Below are positions 1-9,344 of a stretch of 64,000 nt of DNA, in pieces; position 1 is the stretch's first letter; the number at the start of each line of letters is the position of its first letter. The DNA comes from an uncultured Candidatus Saccharibacteria bacterium (lineage in GTDB: Bacteria > Patescibacteriota > Minisyncoccia > Minisyncoccales > Staskawiczbacteraceae). The position numbers were made by a program, and so were the translations under genes. The notes under the pieces are model-generated. The model saw only the letters and a program-made list of their open reading frames with translations. It searched no databases and was not told the DNA's origin. The DNA lies in contig CAYOIH010000001.1 in assembly GCA_964404005.1 (NCBI GenBank), positions 226-64,225 on the forward strand. Reading direction: 5' to 3'.

Positions 1-4
1 TGGT

Positions 5-358
5 ATGATACAGGCTACGTCTGCACCTCAACCCTCTGCTATTGTGGTTCTCGCAAATCTCACCGAAGAGCAACGAGACTTTTTCTTGGAAAGGATGCAC
101 TGGTGGAAGGGCACTCCTATCGGTCAGCACTTGGACCGTGTGGCAAAGGACTTCAACCTCATCAACTCCAAAAAAGGACTCGAGCTTGACGGAGATCAGG
201 TGAGGATTCTGCTCAGCCAGGCTCGCGAAGCGGCTCGCAATGAGTCCGCCAATGCGGTTCACGAGAAGGGCCCCGAGCTCAACGTGCGACGCAACGGCGA
301 AAACAATAAGCCTCGTTGCAAGAGGCGCAGTTCTCGTCCGCTGCAATCGCGGAGATAG
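5..358 (+). CDS. hypothetical protein, probably 5'-truncated by window edge (frame open to position 2); GC-rich unlike rest of window
   Basis: ORF open to window start; no recognisable motifs; composition looks roughly 50% GC by eye versus about one-third elsewhere. Confidence 0.3.
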   Translation: MIQATSAPQPSAIVVLANLTEEQRDFFLERMHWWKGTPIGQHLDRVAKDFNLINSKKGLELDGDQVRILLSQAREAARNESANAVHEKGPELNVRRNGENNKPRCKRRSSRPLQSRR

Positions 359-375
359 TCTGCCCTTCGCCAAGG

Positions 376-417
376 GCTGTGCGCACACATTTTTGTGCGC
401 ACAGCCCGCTTTTTTTG
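376..417 (+). terminator. Rho-independent terminator
   Basis: perfect stem gctgtgcgcaca / tgtgcgcacagc with loop cattttt followed by ccgcttttttt. Confidence 0.7.
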
Positions 418-491
418 CTATTTTTTAGATATTGCAATCAGTCTAAAAGTGTGCTAAAATATTTAAATTAAAGCAATAAACAGTAAAATTC

Positions 492-1115
492 ATGGAAAAT
501 AAAAACAAAGAGACAGGTATGGAGATTGTAAAAAATAAAGAAGGATTTAAAAAATTTACTTCTTTTATTTTTGAGATTGTTAAAATAGCTGTTATCGCTT
601 TTGTTATTGTAGCTCCCATCAGATATTTTTTGTTCCAGCCGTTTATTGTCAGCGGGGCGTCTATGGATCCAAATTTTGCTACGGGAGATTATTTAATTGT
701 AGATGAAATCTCATACAGATTTTTTGATCCGCAAAGAGGGGATGTCGTAGTTTTTAATGCAGGATTTATAAAAGACCCTTCCGGCCAATATGGTTATGCT
801 GGCCAGCGTTTTATTAAAAGGGTTATAGGCCTTCCAGGAGAAACGGTTGATATAACAAATGGCGAAGTGGAAATTATCAAAGACGGCAAGACAACAATCT
901 TAGACGAAAAATATTTACCGAACGACCTAAAGACAATTGGCGAAATAAACATGACTTTAAAAACCGATGAGTATTTTGTTTTGGGAGATAACAGACAGTA
1001 CTCTTACGACTCAAGGGCGTGGGGAGTTGTTTTAAGAAAAGACATAATTGGCAAAGCATTTCTAAGAATTTTTCCGGTGACAACTTTATCGGAAATTTCC
1101 AGGCCAAGCTATTAA
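492..1115 (+). CDS. lepB: signal peptidase I
   Basis: N-terminal TM helix; SGASMDP (catalytic Ser box), GDNRQYSYDSRAWG (box E) motifs. Confidence 0.85.
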   Translation: MENKNKETGMEIVKNKEGFKKFTSFIFEIVKIAVIAFVIVAPIRYFLFQPFIVSGASMDPNFATGDYLIVDEISYRFFDPQRGDVVVFNAGFIKDPSGQYGYAGQRFIKRVIGLPGETVDITNGEVEIIKDGKTTILDEKYLPNDLKTIGEINMTLKTDEYFVLGDNRQYSYDSRAWGVVLRKDIIGKAFLRIFPVTTLSEISRPSY

Positions 1116-1137
1116 ATACTGACAAAACAGTAATATT

Positions 1138-2445
1138 ATGAGCAAAATTAAATACCAATCTTTAACCGGAATGCACGACATATTGCCAGAAGATCAGGTT
1201 TATTTCAAGCATGTTCAAAAAGTGGTTGAAGCCATTGCCAATTCCTACACTTTTGAAAAAATTGAAACGCCCATTCTGGAATTTACGGAGGTTTTCCAAA
1301 AAGCAGTCGGAGACGATACTGATATTGTGGGCAAAGAAATGTATACCTTTAGGACAAAGGGAGGAGATTTGGTTTCCTTGAGGCCGGAAGGAACTGCTGC
1401 TGTAATGAGAAGTTATTTGGAGCATGGGATGCATAATTTGCCCCAGCCCGTAAAACTTTGGTATGAGGGTCCGTTTTTCAGATATGAAAGGCCTCAGGCA
1501 GGAAGGTTCCGCCAATTCCACCAGTTTGGATTTGAAGTAATGGGAGAAAATAACCCTTCTATAGACAGCCAGATTATCCAGATGAGCTACGATGTTTTAA
1601 AAGAACTGGGATTTAAAAATCTGACAATCGAGGTAAATTCCATCGGAGATTCGGAATGCAGGCCATATTTTAAAAAAATATTAGCCAGTTATTTCAAATC
1701 AAAAAGATCTTCTTTGTGTCCGGATTGCCAGAGAAGGCTGAAAGAAAACCCATTAAGAATTTTAGACTGTAAAGAGGAAAAATGCCAAAGAGTAAAAGCG
1801 GGAGCTCCGCAGATAATAGACCATTTATGCGAAAAATGTCATGCGCACTTTAAAGACGTTTTGGAATTTTTAGACGAGTTGGAACTGCCATACACGTTGA
1901 ACCCATATTTGGTGCGCGGATTGGATTATTACACAAAAACAGTTTTTGAAATAGTTGAAAAAAATATCGCCGGAGATGATCTTGAAAAAGCAGTGGGCAC
2001 ATTGATCGGCGGAGGCAGGTATGATAATTTGGCAAAAATACTTGGGGGCAGAGATGTTCCGGGATGCGGATGCGCAGCCGGCATAGAAAGAATTGTAACT
2101 TTAATGAAAAGCAGGGAGATGAAAACCACCGGCAGACACAACTCTAAAAACGAAGCTCCTCAAATATTTTTAGCCCAATTAGGTCAGTTGGCAAAAAGAA
2201 AAAGCATGAAATTATTTGAAGAGTTCAGATCGGCTAAAATTTCAGTCGCAGAATCATTTTCAAAAGATTCTTTAAAAACCCAGTTAAGAACCGCGAATAA
2301 AATGAATATAAGGTGGGTTTTAATTTTTGGGCAAAAAGAAGCATTAGAAGATTTTATTACTTTAAGGGATATGGATACGGGAACCCAAAAAGAAATAAAA
2401 CTTGACAAGGTCGTAAGCGAAATGAAAGAAAAAATTAAAAAATAA
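1138..2445 (+). CDS. hisS: histidine--tRNA ligase
   Basis: class II aaRS HisRS N-terminus (YQSLTGMHDILPED, RPEGTAAVMRSY, motif 2 FRYERPQAGRFRQFHQ), C-terminal anticodon-binding domain; Cys-rich CxxC x3 insertion. Confidence 0.9.
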   Translation: MSKIKYQSLTGMHDILPEDQVYFKHVQKVVEAIANSYTFEKIETPILEFTEVFQKAVGDDTDIVGKEMYTFRTKGGDLVSLRPEGTAAVMRSYLEHGMHNLPQPVKLWYEGPFFRYERPQAGRFRQFHQFGFEVMGENNPSIDSQIIQMSYDVLKELGFKNLTIEVNSIGDSECRPYFKKILASYFKSKRSSLCPDCQRRLKENPLRILDCKEEKCQRVKAGAPQIIDHLCEKCHAHFKDVLEFLDELELPYTLNPYLVRGLDYYTKTVFEIVEKNIAGDDLEKAVGTLIGGGRYDNLAKILGGRDVPGCGCAAGIERIVTLMKSREMKTTGRHNSKNEAPQIFLAQLGQLAKRKSMKLFEEFRSAKISVAESFSKDSLKTQLRTANKMNIRWVLIFGQKEALEDFITLRDMDTGTQKEIKLDKVVSEMKEKIKK

Positions 2446-2452
2446 ATAAATT

Positions 2453-2671
2453 ATGCCGATACAAGTAACAAAAAAAGACAAAGAAACTTCGCAAAACCTG
2501 GTGCACCGTTTTACAAAAACCGTGCGACAATCGGGAGTTTTGCTTCAGATAAGAAAAGGGCAGTTCCACAAAAGAGCCAAATCAGCTTTGGCTAAAAAAA
2601 GATCTGCTTTAAGAAGAGTTGAGAGAAAAGCAGAAAAAATAAAAGAAGACAAATTAGCAAAACCAAAGTAA
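2453..2671 (+). CDS. rpsU: 30S ribosomal protein S21
   Basis: 72 aa, very basic, MPxxVxxKDxEtxxxLxRFTKxxRQSGVLxxxRKxQFHxKP pattern typical of bS21. Confidence 0.8.
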   Translation: MPIQVTKKDKETSQNLVHRFTKTVRQSGVLLQIRKGQFHKRAKSALAKKRSALRRVERKAEKIKEDKLAKPK

Positions 2672-2705
2672 GGTTGCTCTCGGTAACAAACTTTTTTCGC
2701 TTTAT

Positions 2706-3224
2706 ATGTTAAAACAGCAGATACAAAATTCTACTAAAGAAGCCATGAAAGCTGGAGATCAGTTTTTGGTTGGAACTTTGCGTATGTTGTCGGCTTCTAT
2801 TCTTACAAAGGAAAAAGAAAAGCGATATAAAACTTCCAAAGATCACCCGGATTTTGCAGAAGATAAGTTGCTAAAAGAATCAGAATTAACAGACGAGCAG
2901 ATAATTGAGGTTATATCTTCTGAAATTAAAAAAAGAAAAGACGCCGTTGTTTTATACGAACAGGGCAATAGGCAGGAGCTGGCAGACAAAGAAAAAAAGG
3001 AAATTGAAATTTTAATTAAATATCTGCCCGAGCAATTGTCCGAAGACGAATTAAAAAAAATGGTTGAAGAATCAATTGCAAAAGTTAGGGTCGAAATGAA
3101 GGACCCTTCGACAAGCTCAGGGCAAGTTATGGGGAAAGTAATGGCAGATTTAAATCCAAAGATTAAGGGCAAAGCAGACGGCGGGGAGGTAAGTAAAATT
3201 GTAAAAGAACTATTATCTAAATAA
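2706..3224 (+). CDS. yqeY: GatB/YqeY domain protein
   Basis: YqeY-like N-terminal pattern (LKQQIQNSTKEAMKAGD...LRML), ~150 aa Glu/Lys-rich; contains in-frame family-1 repeat (PSTSSGQ). Confidence 0.65.
   Translation: MLKQQIQNSTKEAMKAGDQFLVGTLRMLSASILTKEKEKRYKTSKDHPDFAEDKLLKESELTDEQIIEVISSEIKKRKDAVVLYEQGNRQELADKEKKEIEILIKYLPEQLSEDELKKMVEESIAKVRVEMKDPSTSSGQVMGKVMADLNPKIKGKADGGEVSKIVKELLSK
3104..3124 (+). repeat. family-1 repeat copy (in yqeY, sense)
   Basis: cccttcgacaagctcagggca. Confidence 0.8.
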
Positions 3225-3227
3225 GAA

Positions 3228-3265
3228 AAACCGGCCGGGTTCCCTTTTAGGGCCCGGTTTTTTGT
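3228..3265 (+). terminator. Rho-independent terminator (imperfect GC stem + T-run)
   Basis: aaaaaccggccgggttcccttttagggcccggttttttg. Confidence 0.55.
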
Positions 3266-3364
3266 TTGGAAACTAAACACTTCAATCCGGTCTGAGGTGT
3301 TTAAAAATTATTAAGGTTGCGACTGCTGGCGGAGATTTGCAGTGGAGTTATTAGTGATTGTTAA

Positions 3365-3396
3365 CCCCGTCCGAGCTTAGCCCGGCGGGGTTTTTG
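3365..3396 (+). terminator. second hairpin + T-run ~100 nt downstream of the first; may end a small RNA
   Basis: ccccgtccgagcttagcccggcggggttttt. Confidence 0.45.
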
Positions 3397-3441
3397 TTTA
3401 TTTGGGGAAATGGTGTAAAATAGATAAACATACGGCTTATC

Positions 3442-3903
3442 ATGGAGATAAATAACCTCACTAATTTTTCTGTGGATAAAAAACTTTTTTCCACAGTTGC
3501 AAAAAAAGTATTAAAAGGCGAAAATAGAGGAACGGAAACAGTATCTCTGGCTTTTGTTGACAAAGGAGAGATAAAAAAGCTTAATAAAAAGTTTCGTGGC
3601 AAAAACAAGCCCACCGACGTTTTGTCTTTCGGGCAAAGTATTGACTACAAACTACCAACTACCAACTCGGAATTAGGCGAGATTGTTATCTGTCCGGAAG
3701 TTGTAAAAGAAAATTCCAAGAAGTACGGAGTTTCCGAAAAAAGCGAAATGTTGAAAGTTTTTATCCACGGGATTCTGCACCTATGCGGGTATGACCATGA
3801 AAAATCACCCGCCAGCAACGCTTCGCGTAGCGATGCGGGCTGGGAGAAGGAAGCAGAAATAATGGAAATAAAACAAGAAAAATATTTATCTAAATTAAGA
3901 TAA
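3442..3903 (+). CDS. ybeY: rRNA maturation endoribonuclease YbeY
   Basis: HGILHLCGYDHE metal-binding motif (HxxxHxxGxxH) characteristic of YbeY/UPF0054. Confidence 0.85.
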   Translation: MEINNLTNFSVDKKLFSTVAKKVLKGENRGTETVSLAFVDKGEIKKLNKKFRGKNKPTDVLSFGQSIDYKLPTTNSELGEIVICPEVVKENSKKYGVSEKSEMLKVFIHGILHLCGYDHEKSPASNASRSDAGWEKEAEIMEIKQEKYLSKLR

Positions 3904-3906
3904 TCT

Positions 3907-5154
3907 ATGGCGCGTGGCAATATTGTAGTTGGCCTAGATATAGGAACGCACAGCATAAAAGCGCTGGTGGTCCAGCGGCCCAAAGGGCACCCTGGGAAAG
4001 ACTGGGAGGTTTTGTCGTACGCAGAAATACCTTCTTTCGGGCTCCGTAAGGGAGCTGTTGTTTCGGTTGAAGAAACCGCAAAAAATGTGCAGATGATAAT
4101 GTCGGGAGTCGAAAAAGATTGCAACAGAAAAATTAGTTCTGTCTTTGTAAATATCGGAGGTAGCCATCTTTATGTTACCCCGTCCGACGGAATTATTTCT
4201 GTTTCAAGGGCTGACCAAAGAATTTCCAAGGAAGATGTTGAAAGAGTTTTGCAGGCGACCAAAGCAATAAATATGTCCAGAAACGACGAAGTTTTAGACG
4301 TTATCCCAAGAGAGTATATTGTCGACGACCAGAAAGGTATAAAACAGCCGGAAGATTTAACAGGCATAAGACTGGAAGCAAAAGTTTTATTATTGTGTGT
4401 TTTTTCCCGTTATTTTATTAATTTAACTCAAGCTGTTTTAAATTCAAAACTGCAGATAAATGATGTGATACCATCTCCGCTGGCTGCCGCAAATGCTGTT
4501 TTAACGCCACAGCAAAAAGAATTGGGAGTTGCTTTAGTTGACATGGGAGCGGCTACAACATCTTTAGCGGTTTTTGAAGAAGGAGAACTGATACACTTGG
4601 CTGTTTTTCCGGTAGGCTCGGCGAATATTACAAACGATATTGCAATAGGCTTAAGAACAGAAGTTGCGATTGCCGAGTCTATTAAAAAACAGCATGGCAC
4701 ATGCATGTTTGCTGTTTCTGTCAAAGACCAGTCAAGAAAAAAAATTGAAATTTTTTCGGCCAAAGGCGGATCCGCCTCGGGCGGAGATAATACGCTTAAT
4801 TTTACAAAGAAAAATTTGGTTGATATTATCGAGCCCAGAGTTTCCGAAATTTTAGACCTGGTTCAAAAAGAGTTGAAAAAAATTAATAGGCAGGAATTAT
4901 TGCCGGGAGGAATTGTTTTGACCGGAGGCGGGGCAAAGATGCCAAAAATAAAAGAACTTACAAAAGAAACATTAAAACTTGCCTGCGAAATAGGAACTCC
5001 TAAGGGCATAATTGGTTTGCAGGATGATCCTGCTTTAGCAACTGTGGCGGGGTTGGTGATGGAGGGGGTTGATTCTGGCGGAGATGGTGGTAGAGTAGAC
5101 ATTGCGGGATTGGGAGCCAAAATAAAAAGGTGGCTCAAAAACTTCATCCCGTAA
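3907..5154 (+). CDS. ftsA: cell division protein FtsA
   Basis: actin-like ATPase: VGLDIGTHSIKALV N-terminal phosphate-1 motif, ~415 aa, immediately upstream of ftsZ. Confidence 0.85.
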   Translation: MARGNIVVGLDIGTHSIKALVVQRPKGHPGKDWEVLSYAEIPSFGLRKGAVVSVEETAKNVQMIMSGVEKDCNRKISSVFVNIGGSHLYVTPSDGIISVSRADQRISKEDVERVLQATKAINMSRNDEVLDVIPREYIVDDQKGIKQPEDLTGIRLEAKVLLLCVFSRYFINLTQAVLNSKLQINDVIPSPLAAANAVLTPQQKELGVALVDMGAATTSLAVFEEGELIHLAVFPVGSANITNDIAIGLRTEVAIAESIKKQHGTCMFAVSVKDQSRKKIEIFSAKGGSASGGDNTLNFTKKNLVDIIEPRVSEILDLVQKELKKINRQELLPGGIVLTGGGAKMPKIKELTKETLKLACEIGTPKGIIGLQDDPALATVAGLVMEGVDSGGDGGRVDIAGLGAKIKRWLKNFIP

Positions 5155-5160
5155 GGTTTT

Positions 5161-6099
5161 ATGAATCCAAAAATTAAAGTTATAGGAGTGGGCGGGTCGG
5201 GTTCCAATACGGTTTCGAGAATGGCTCATCTGCGCAGGCAGACAGACACCAATATACAGGAAGTTGAATTATTGGCAGTGAATACCGATGCGCAAGCTTT
5301 ACATTTTTCCAAAGCAGATAAAAAGATTTTAATAGGAAAAGATATCACCAATGGCCTTGGAACCGGTATGGATGCGGATTTGGGTAGAAAGTCAGCTGAA
5401 GAATCCAAACAGGAAATTTTAGAAAATTTAAACGGAGCAGATATGGTTTTTGTGACTTGTGGACTTGGCGGAGGCACCGGCTCGGGCGCTTCGCCAATTA
5501 TTGCCGAGGCTTCAAAAAGCCTGGGCATTTTAACTATTGGGGTGGTCACAACTCCTTTTTCTTTTGAAGGTTTGGAAAGAAAAAAAGTTGCAGAGTCAGC
5601 TTTAAAAAACTTAAAAGGTTCCGTGGATTCTTTACTGGTAATTTCCAACGACAAGCTTTTAAAAATTATTGACGAAAAAACTACAGTATCAAACGCTTTT
5701 TTAATTTGCGACGATATTTTGCGGGAAGCCGTGCAGTCAATCACTGATTTGATTTTGGTGCAGGGAATTATAAATATTGATTTTGCGTCAGTTTTATCTA
5801 CCATGAAAGATTCGGGGTACGCATTGTTTGGTATGGGAAAAACAATGGGAGAAAATCGCGCAGTCAGGGCGGCTGAAATGGCGATAAACTCTCCATTGTT
5901 AGATTTTTCTATAAAAGGGGCAAAAGGAGTTTTGTTTTCAGTTGCGGGAGATGATGTCAGTTTAAATGAAATTAAAGAGGCCGCAAAAGTTATTACCCAA
6001 AACGTTGATCCCAAGGCGCAAATAATTTTTGGCGCCACAAAGGACAATAATCTTAAAAAGGGAGAAATAAAAATCACCGTAATCGCAACAAAACTCTAA
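5161..6099 (+). CDS. ftsZ: cell division GTPase FtsZ (short form, 312 aa)
   Basis: KVIGVGGSGSNTV, tubulin signature GGGTGSGASP, NTDAQAL motif. Confidence 0.9.
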   Translation: MNPKIKVIGVGGSGSNTVSRMAHLRRQTDTNIQEVELLAVNTDAQALHFSKADKKILIGKDITNGLGTGMDADLGRKSAEESKQEILENLNGADMVFVTCGLGGGTGSGASPIIAEASKSLGILTIGVVTTPFSFEGLERKKVAESALKNLKGSVDSLLVISNDKLLKIIDEKTTVSNAFLICDDILREAVQSITDLILVQGIINIDFASVLSTMKDSGYALFGMGKTMGENRAVRAAEMAINSPLLDFSIKGAKGVLFSVAGDDVSLNEIKEAAKVITQNVDPKAQIIFGATKDNNLKKGEIKITVIATKL

Positions 6100-6168
6100 T
6101 AAATAGAAAAAATATCCACGATCAAGGGTGTTTTTTGTTTTATGGCGTAAAGTGGGGCGCATAAATAG

Positions 6169-6177
6169 TTATCCACA
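6169..6177 (+). promoter_or_regulatory. perfect DnaA-box consensus TTATCCACA (isolated)
   Basis: exact 9-mer; second exact copy at 21693-21701; not clustered so not an origin. Confidence 0.25.
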
Positions 6178-6199
6178 GATTTTATATGTAAAACGGGAT

Positions 6200-6227
6200 T
6201 TGACACGCTTTTTTAATGGAGTAAAAT
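6200..6227 (+). promoter_or_regulatory. sigma70-like promoter upstream of nrdDG
   Basis: TTGACA (6200-6205) - 16 nt - TAAAAT (6222-6227). Confidence 0.45.
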
Positions 6228-6359
6228 GTAGTAATCGACGCTTAAAAATAAAATATTAATTAAGGCATTTTAATAAACTCATTGTTTAGGAATCAGTCCT
6301 AGAATTCTTAAACAATAAGCTTAATTAAAGGCAAATGCCTTTTTTTGTCCCCTAAAACC

Positions 6360-8561
6360 ATGGAAGAAGAAGAAAAAAAAATAGGAAATCATATTGAGAA
6401 GGTCCAAAAAAGAGACGGAAGGGTCGTTACTTTTGAGCAGGAAAAAATTGAAGAGGCAATACATAAAGCGGTTGTTGCAACAAATCAGGGAGATGGCGTA
6501 GTTTCTAAAAAAGTTTCCGACAAAGTTGTAAGCCTACTAAATCGCAGATTTAAAAAAGGAGAGGTGCCGAATATTGAACAGATTCAGGATATTGTTGAAG
6601 AGGCGCTGATGTTGGAAGGATTGGTTGAAACAGCCAAGGCGTACGTTTTATATAGAGAACAAAGAAGAAGCATTCGCGAGGCGGCAAAAGCGGTTGACGA
6701 TTCTTCAGAAAAAATAGACAGCTATCTCAAAGAGATTGACTGGCAGGTAAAGGAAAACGCAAATATGACTTTTTCTTTGCAGGGGCTGAACCAGTATGTC
6801 GGTTCTTATATTTCTAAAAAATATTGGCTGAACAAAATTTATCCTAAAGAAATAAGGGACGCCGCAGCCAGCGAAGATTTTCATATTCACAACTTAGAAC
6901 TTTTGGCTCCTTATTGTGCCGGCTGGGATTTATATGATTTTTTGATAAAAGGTTTTGGCGGAGTTCCGGGTAAAATAGAATGTAAGCCCCCAAAACATCT
7001 TAGAACTGCTATGGGTCAATTGGTAAACGTTTTGTTTACTTTGCAGGGAGAAACTGCCGGTGCCAATGCTGTCTCAAATTTTGATACATTATTAGCGCCG
7101 TTTATCAGATATGACAAGTTAGATTATAAGCAGGTAAAACAAGTTATGCAGGAATTTTTGTACAGTTGCATGGTGCCGACGCGCGTTGGTTTCCAAACAC
7201 CATTTTTAAATGTTTCTTTAGATATTAAACCGCCGTCATTTTTAGCAAAACAGCCCGTGATTATTGGTGGAGAGGTGCAAAATGAAACCTATGGTGATTT
7301 TCAGCCGGAAATGGATATGTTTATCAAGGCCTTTTATGAAGGCTTGATGGAGGGAGATGCATCCGGCAGACCATTTACTTTTCCAATCCCGACAGTTTCG
7401 ATCGGAAAAGATTTCGATTGGGATAACCCGAATTTAATAGCAATGTGGGAGGCAACGGCAAAATACGGCGTTAATTATTTTTCAAACTTTATTCACTCAG
7501 ATATGAGCCCAGACGATGCGAGGTCAATGTGTTGCAGGCTTCGCTTAGATAATAGAGAGCTTTATAAAAGGGGTGGCGGATTATTCGGATCCTCCCCAAA
7601 AACCGGATCAATCGGAGTAGTTACAATCAACTTACCAAGAATTGGCTACACCTCTAAAACAAAAACAGAATTTTTTGAAAAATTAAGCCACTTAATGGAA
7701 CTAGCGAAAGAGAGCTTGGAAATTAAAAGAAAGGCATTGGACGACTTTATGGAGAAAGGACTTTATCCATATTCCAGACATTATTTGGAAGAAATGAAAA
7801 AAATGAGAAATACCTATTTTGGAAATCATTTCTCAACCATTGGAATTATGGGGATGAACGAGGCTTTGATTAATTTTTTGGAAGAAGACATCACAACTCC
7901 AAAAGGCAGAAAATTTGCAATTGAGATTCTTGATTTTATGAGAGATAAAATGATTAAGTTTCAGGAAGAAACGGGCAACCTTTATAATTTAGAGGCAACG
8001 CCGGGAGAAGGCACAAGCTATAGGCAGGCCAGAACAGATAAAGAAAAATATCCTGACATTGTTACAGCCGGCACGAAAGAAGTTCCATACTACACAAATT
8101 CAAGTCAGTTGCCGGTTGGTTTTACAGACGACGTTTTCCAGGCTCTTGATTTGCAAAATGATATTCAGACAAAATATACAGGCGGAACGGTTTTGCACAT
8201 ATTTTTAGGGGAAAAAATTTCAGATCCCAATATGGCAAAAAATTTAATCAAAAAAATATTTGAAAACTATAGTTTGCCGTATATTACCCTAACGCCAACA
8301 TTTTCAATTTGTCCTACGCACGGGTATATTTCCGGCGAACACTTTGAATGTCCCCAGTGTACAATAAAACAACCGTGTGAGGTTTACTCAAGGGTTGTAG
8401 GATATATAAGGCCCGTTCAGCAATGGCACAAAGGTAAGCAGGAAGAATATCGTGAGCGAAAAGAATTTGCCTTGCCCCAGGAAATGGCAAAAGAAGTTTT
8501 GGAAAAAGCATCCTCCTTCGCTGAAGCTACGGCGGACAAGGAAGAAAAAGCCACAGCGTAA
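6360..8561 (+). CDS. nrdD: anaerobic ribonucleoside-triphosphate reductase (class III)
   Basis: N-terminal ATP-cone (VQKRDGRVVTFEQEKIEEAI), C-terminal Zn ribbon CPTHG...CPQC and glycyl-radical motif RVVGY; ATG at 6360 preferred over the TTG at 6345 used by the ORF track. Confidence 0.85.
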   Translation: MEEEEKKIGNHIEKVQKRDGRVVTFEQEKIEEAIHKAVVATNQGDGVVSKKVSDKVVSLLNRRFKKGEVPNIEQIQDIVEEALMLEGLVETAKAYVLYREQRRSIREAAKAVDDSSEKIDSYLKEIDWQVKENANMTFSLQGLNQYVGSYISKKYWLNKIYPKEIRDAAASEDFHIHNLELLAPYCAGWDLYDFLIKGFGGVPGKIECKPPKHLRTAMGQLVNVLFTLQGETAGANAVSNFDTLLAPFIRYDKLDYKQVKQVMQEFLYSCMVPTRVGFQTPFLNVSLDIKPPSFLAKQPVIIGGEVQNETYGDFQPEMDMFIKAFYEGLMEGDASGRPFTFPIPTVSIGKDFDWDNPNLIAMWEATAKYGVNYFSNFIHSDMSPDDARSMCCRLRLDNRELYKRGGGLFGSSPKTGSIGVVTINLPRIGYTSKTKTEFFEKLSHLMELAKESLEIKRKALDDFMEKGLYPYSRHYLEEMKKMRNTYFGNHFSTIGIMGMNEALINFLEEDITTPKGRKFAIEILDFMRDKMIKFQEETGNLYNLEATPGEGTSYRQARTDKEKYPDIVTAGTKEVPYYTNSSQLPVGFTDDVFQALDLQNDIQTKYTGGTVLHIFLGEKISDPNMAKNLIKKIFENYSLPYITLTPTFSICPTHGYISGEHFECPQCTIKQPCEVYSRVVGYIRPVQQWHKGKQEEYRERKEFALPQEMAKEVLEKASSFAEATADKEEKATA

Positions 8562-8615
8562 AACTAAAAATAAAAACCACTTTATTCAGAAGCGGTTTTT
8601 TGTTAATATAAATTC

Positions 8616-9344
8616 ATGATTATTGCCGGACTGCAGAAAACAACTCTAATTGACTATCCAAAAAAAGTTGCCTGTACTGTTTTTTTGACCGGGTGCAATT
8701 TCAGGTGTCCGTGGTGTTATTCTTCGGAGCTGGTTTTGCCCGCAAAAATTGTAAAACAGCCGAGAATTGAAGAGAAAGATTTTTTTGATTTTTTAAGGAC
8801 AAGGCAGGGTTTATTGGACGGAGTTGTAATTTGTGGGGGAGAGCCGACAATAAATAAAGATCTACCCCAGTTTATAGAAAAAATAAAAAAATTAGGTTAT
8901 CTGGTAAAATTGGATACTAACGGCTCAAACCCGAAAATGCTGAAAGATCTGGTAAATACAAAGTTGGTTGATTATGTTGCAATGGATATTAAAACAAAGG
9001 GAGAGAGTCCAGTTTACCAAAATCTTATGACAGAGGGAATTATAATAGATAATATAAAAGAAAGCGTTGAATTTCTAAAGGCCCATTCGACAGGCTCAGG
9101 GCAAACCTGCGGGTTTGATTTTGAATTTCGCACAACAGTTGTAAATACTATTCACGTAAAAGAAGATTTTTTGGAAATCGCGAAATGGATTGGAGGGCCG
9201 GGTGTTAAATATTATTTACAAAATTTCAGAGCTGAAAAAACAATTGACCCGGAATTTGAAAAAGTAGAACCGTTCAAGCAGGCATTTTTAGAGGAAATAG
9301 TAAAAGAAATTTCTCCTTATTTTGAAGAGTGCAAAGCGAGATGA
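8616..9344 (+). CDS. nrdG: anaerobic ribonucleotide reductase activating protein (radical SAM)
   Basis: CNFRCPWC radical-SAM CxxxCxxC cluster; adjacent to nrdD; carries in-frame family-1 repeat (HSTGSGQ). Confidence 0.8.
   Translation: MIIAGLQKTTLIDYPKKVACTVFLTGCNFRCPWCYSSELVLPAKIVKQPRIEEKDFFDFLRTRQGLLDGVVICGGEPTINKDLPQFIEKIKKLGYLVKLDTNGSNPKMLKDLVNTKLVDYVAMDIKTKGESPVYQNLMTEGIIIDNIKESVEFLKAHSTGSGQTCGFDFEFRTTVVNTIHVKEDFLEIAKWIGGPGVKYYLQNFRAEKTIDPEFEKVEPFKQAFLEEIVKEISPYFEECKAR
9082..9103 (+). repeat. family-1 repeat copy (in nrdG, sense; 1-nt insertion)
   Basis: cccattcgacaggctcagggca. Confidence 0.7.

Noticed and set aside
5461-5500. ggctcgggcgcttcgcc in ftsZ resembling the family-1 core
   Set aside because: Encodes the universally conserved FtsZ GGGTGSGA signature; similarity is partial and explained by coding constraint.
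5226-6077. 283-aa ORF on the minus strand
   Set aside because: Lies entirely antisense within ftsZ, which has unmistakable tubulin-signature motifs; low-complexity translation; typical AT-rich shadow ORF.
6100-6344. tRNA or riboswitch in the ftsZ-nrdD intergenic region
   Set aside because: No cloverleaf-compatible segments (no GTTCRA T-loop with matching acceptor stem) and no recognisable riboswitch core; only a promoter-like hexamer pair and small hairpins.
8562-8615. Terminator after nrdD
   Set aside because: Stem aaccac/gcggtt has a mismatch and is weak; nrdG follows 54 nt later and is likely co-transcribed.
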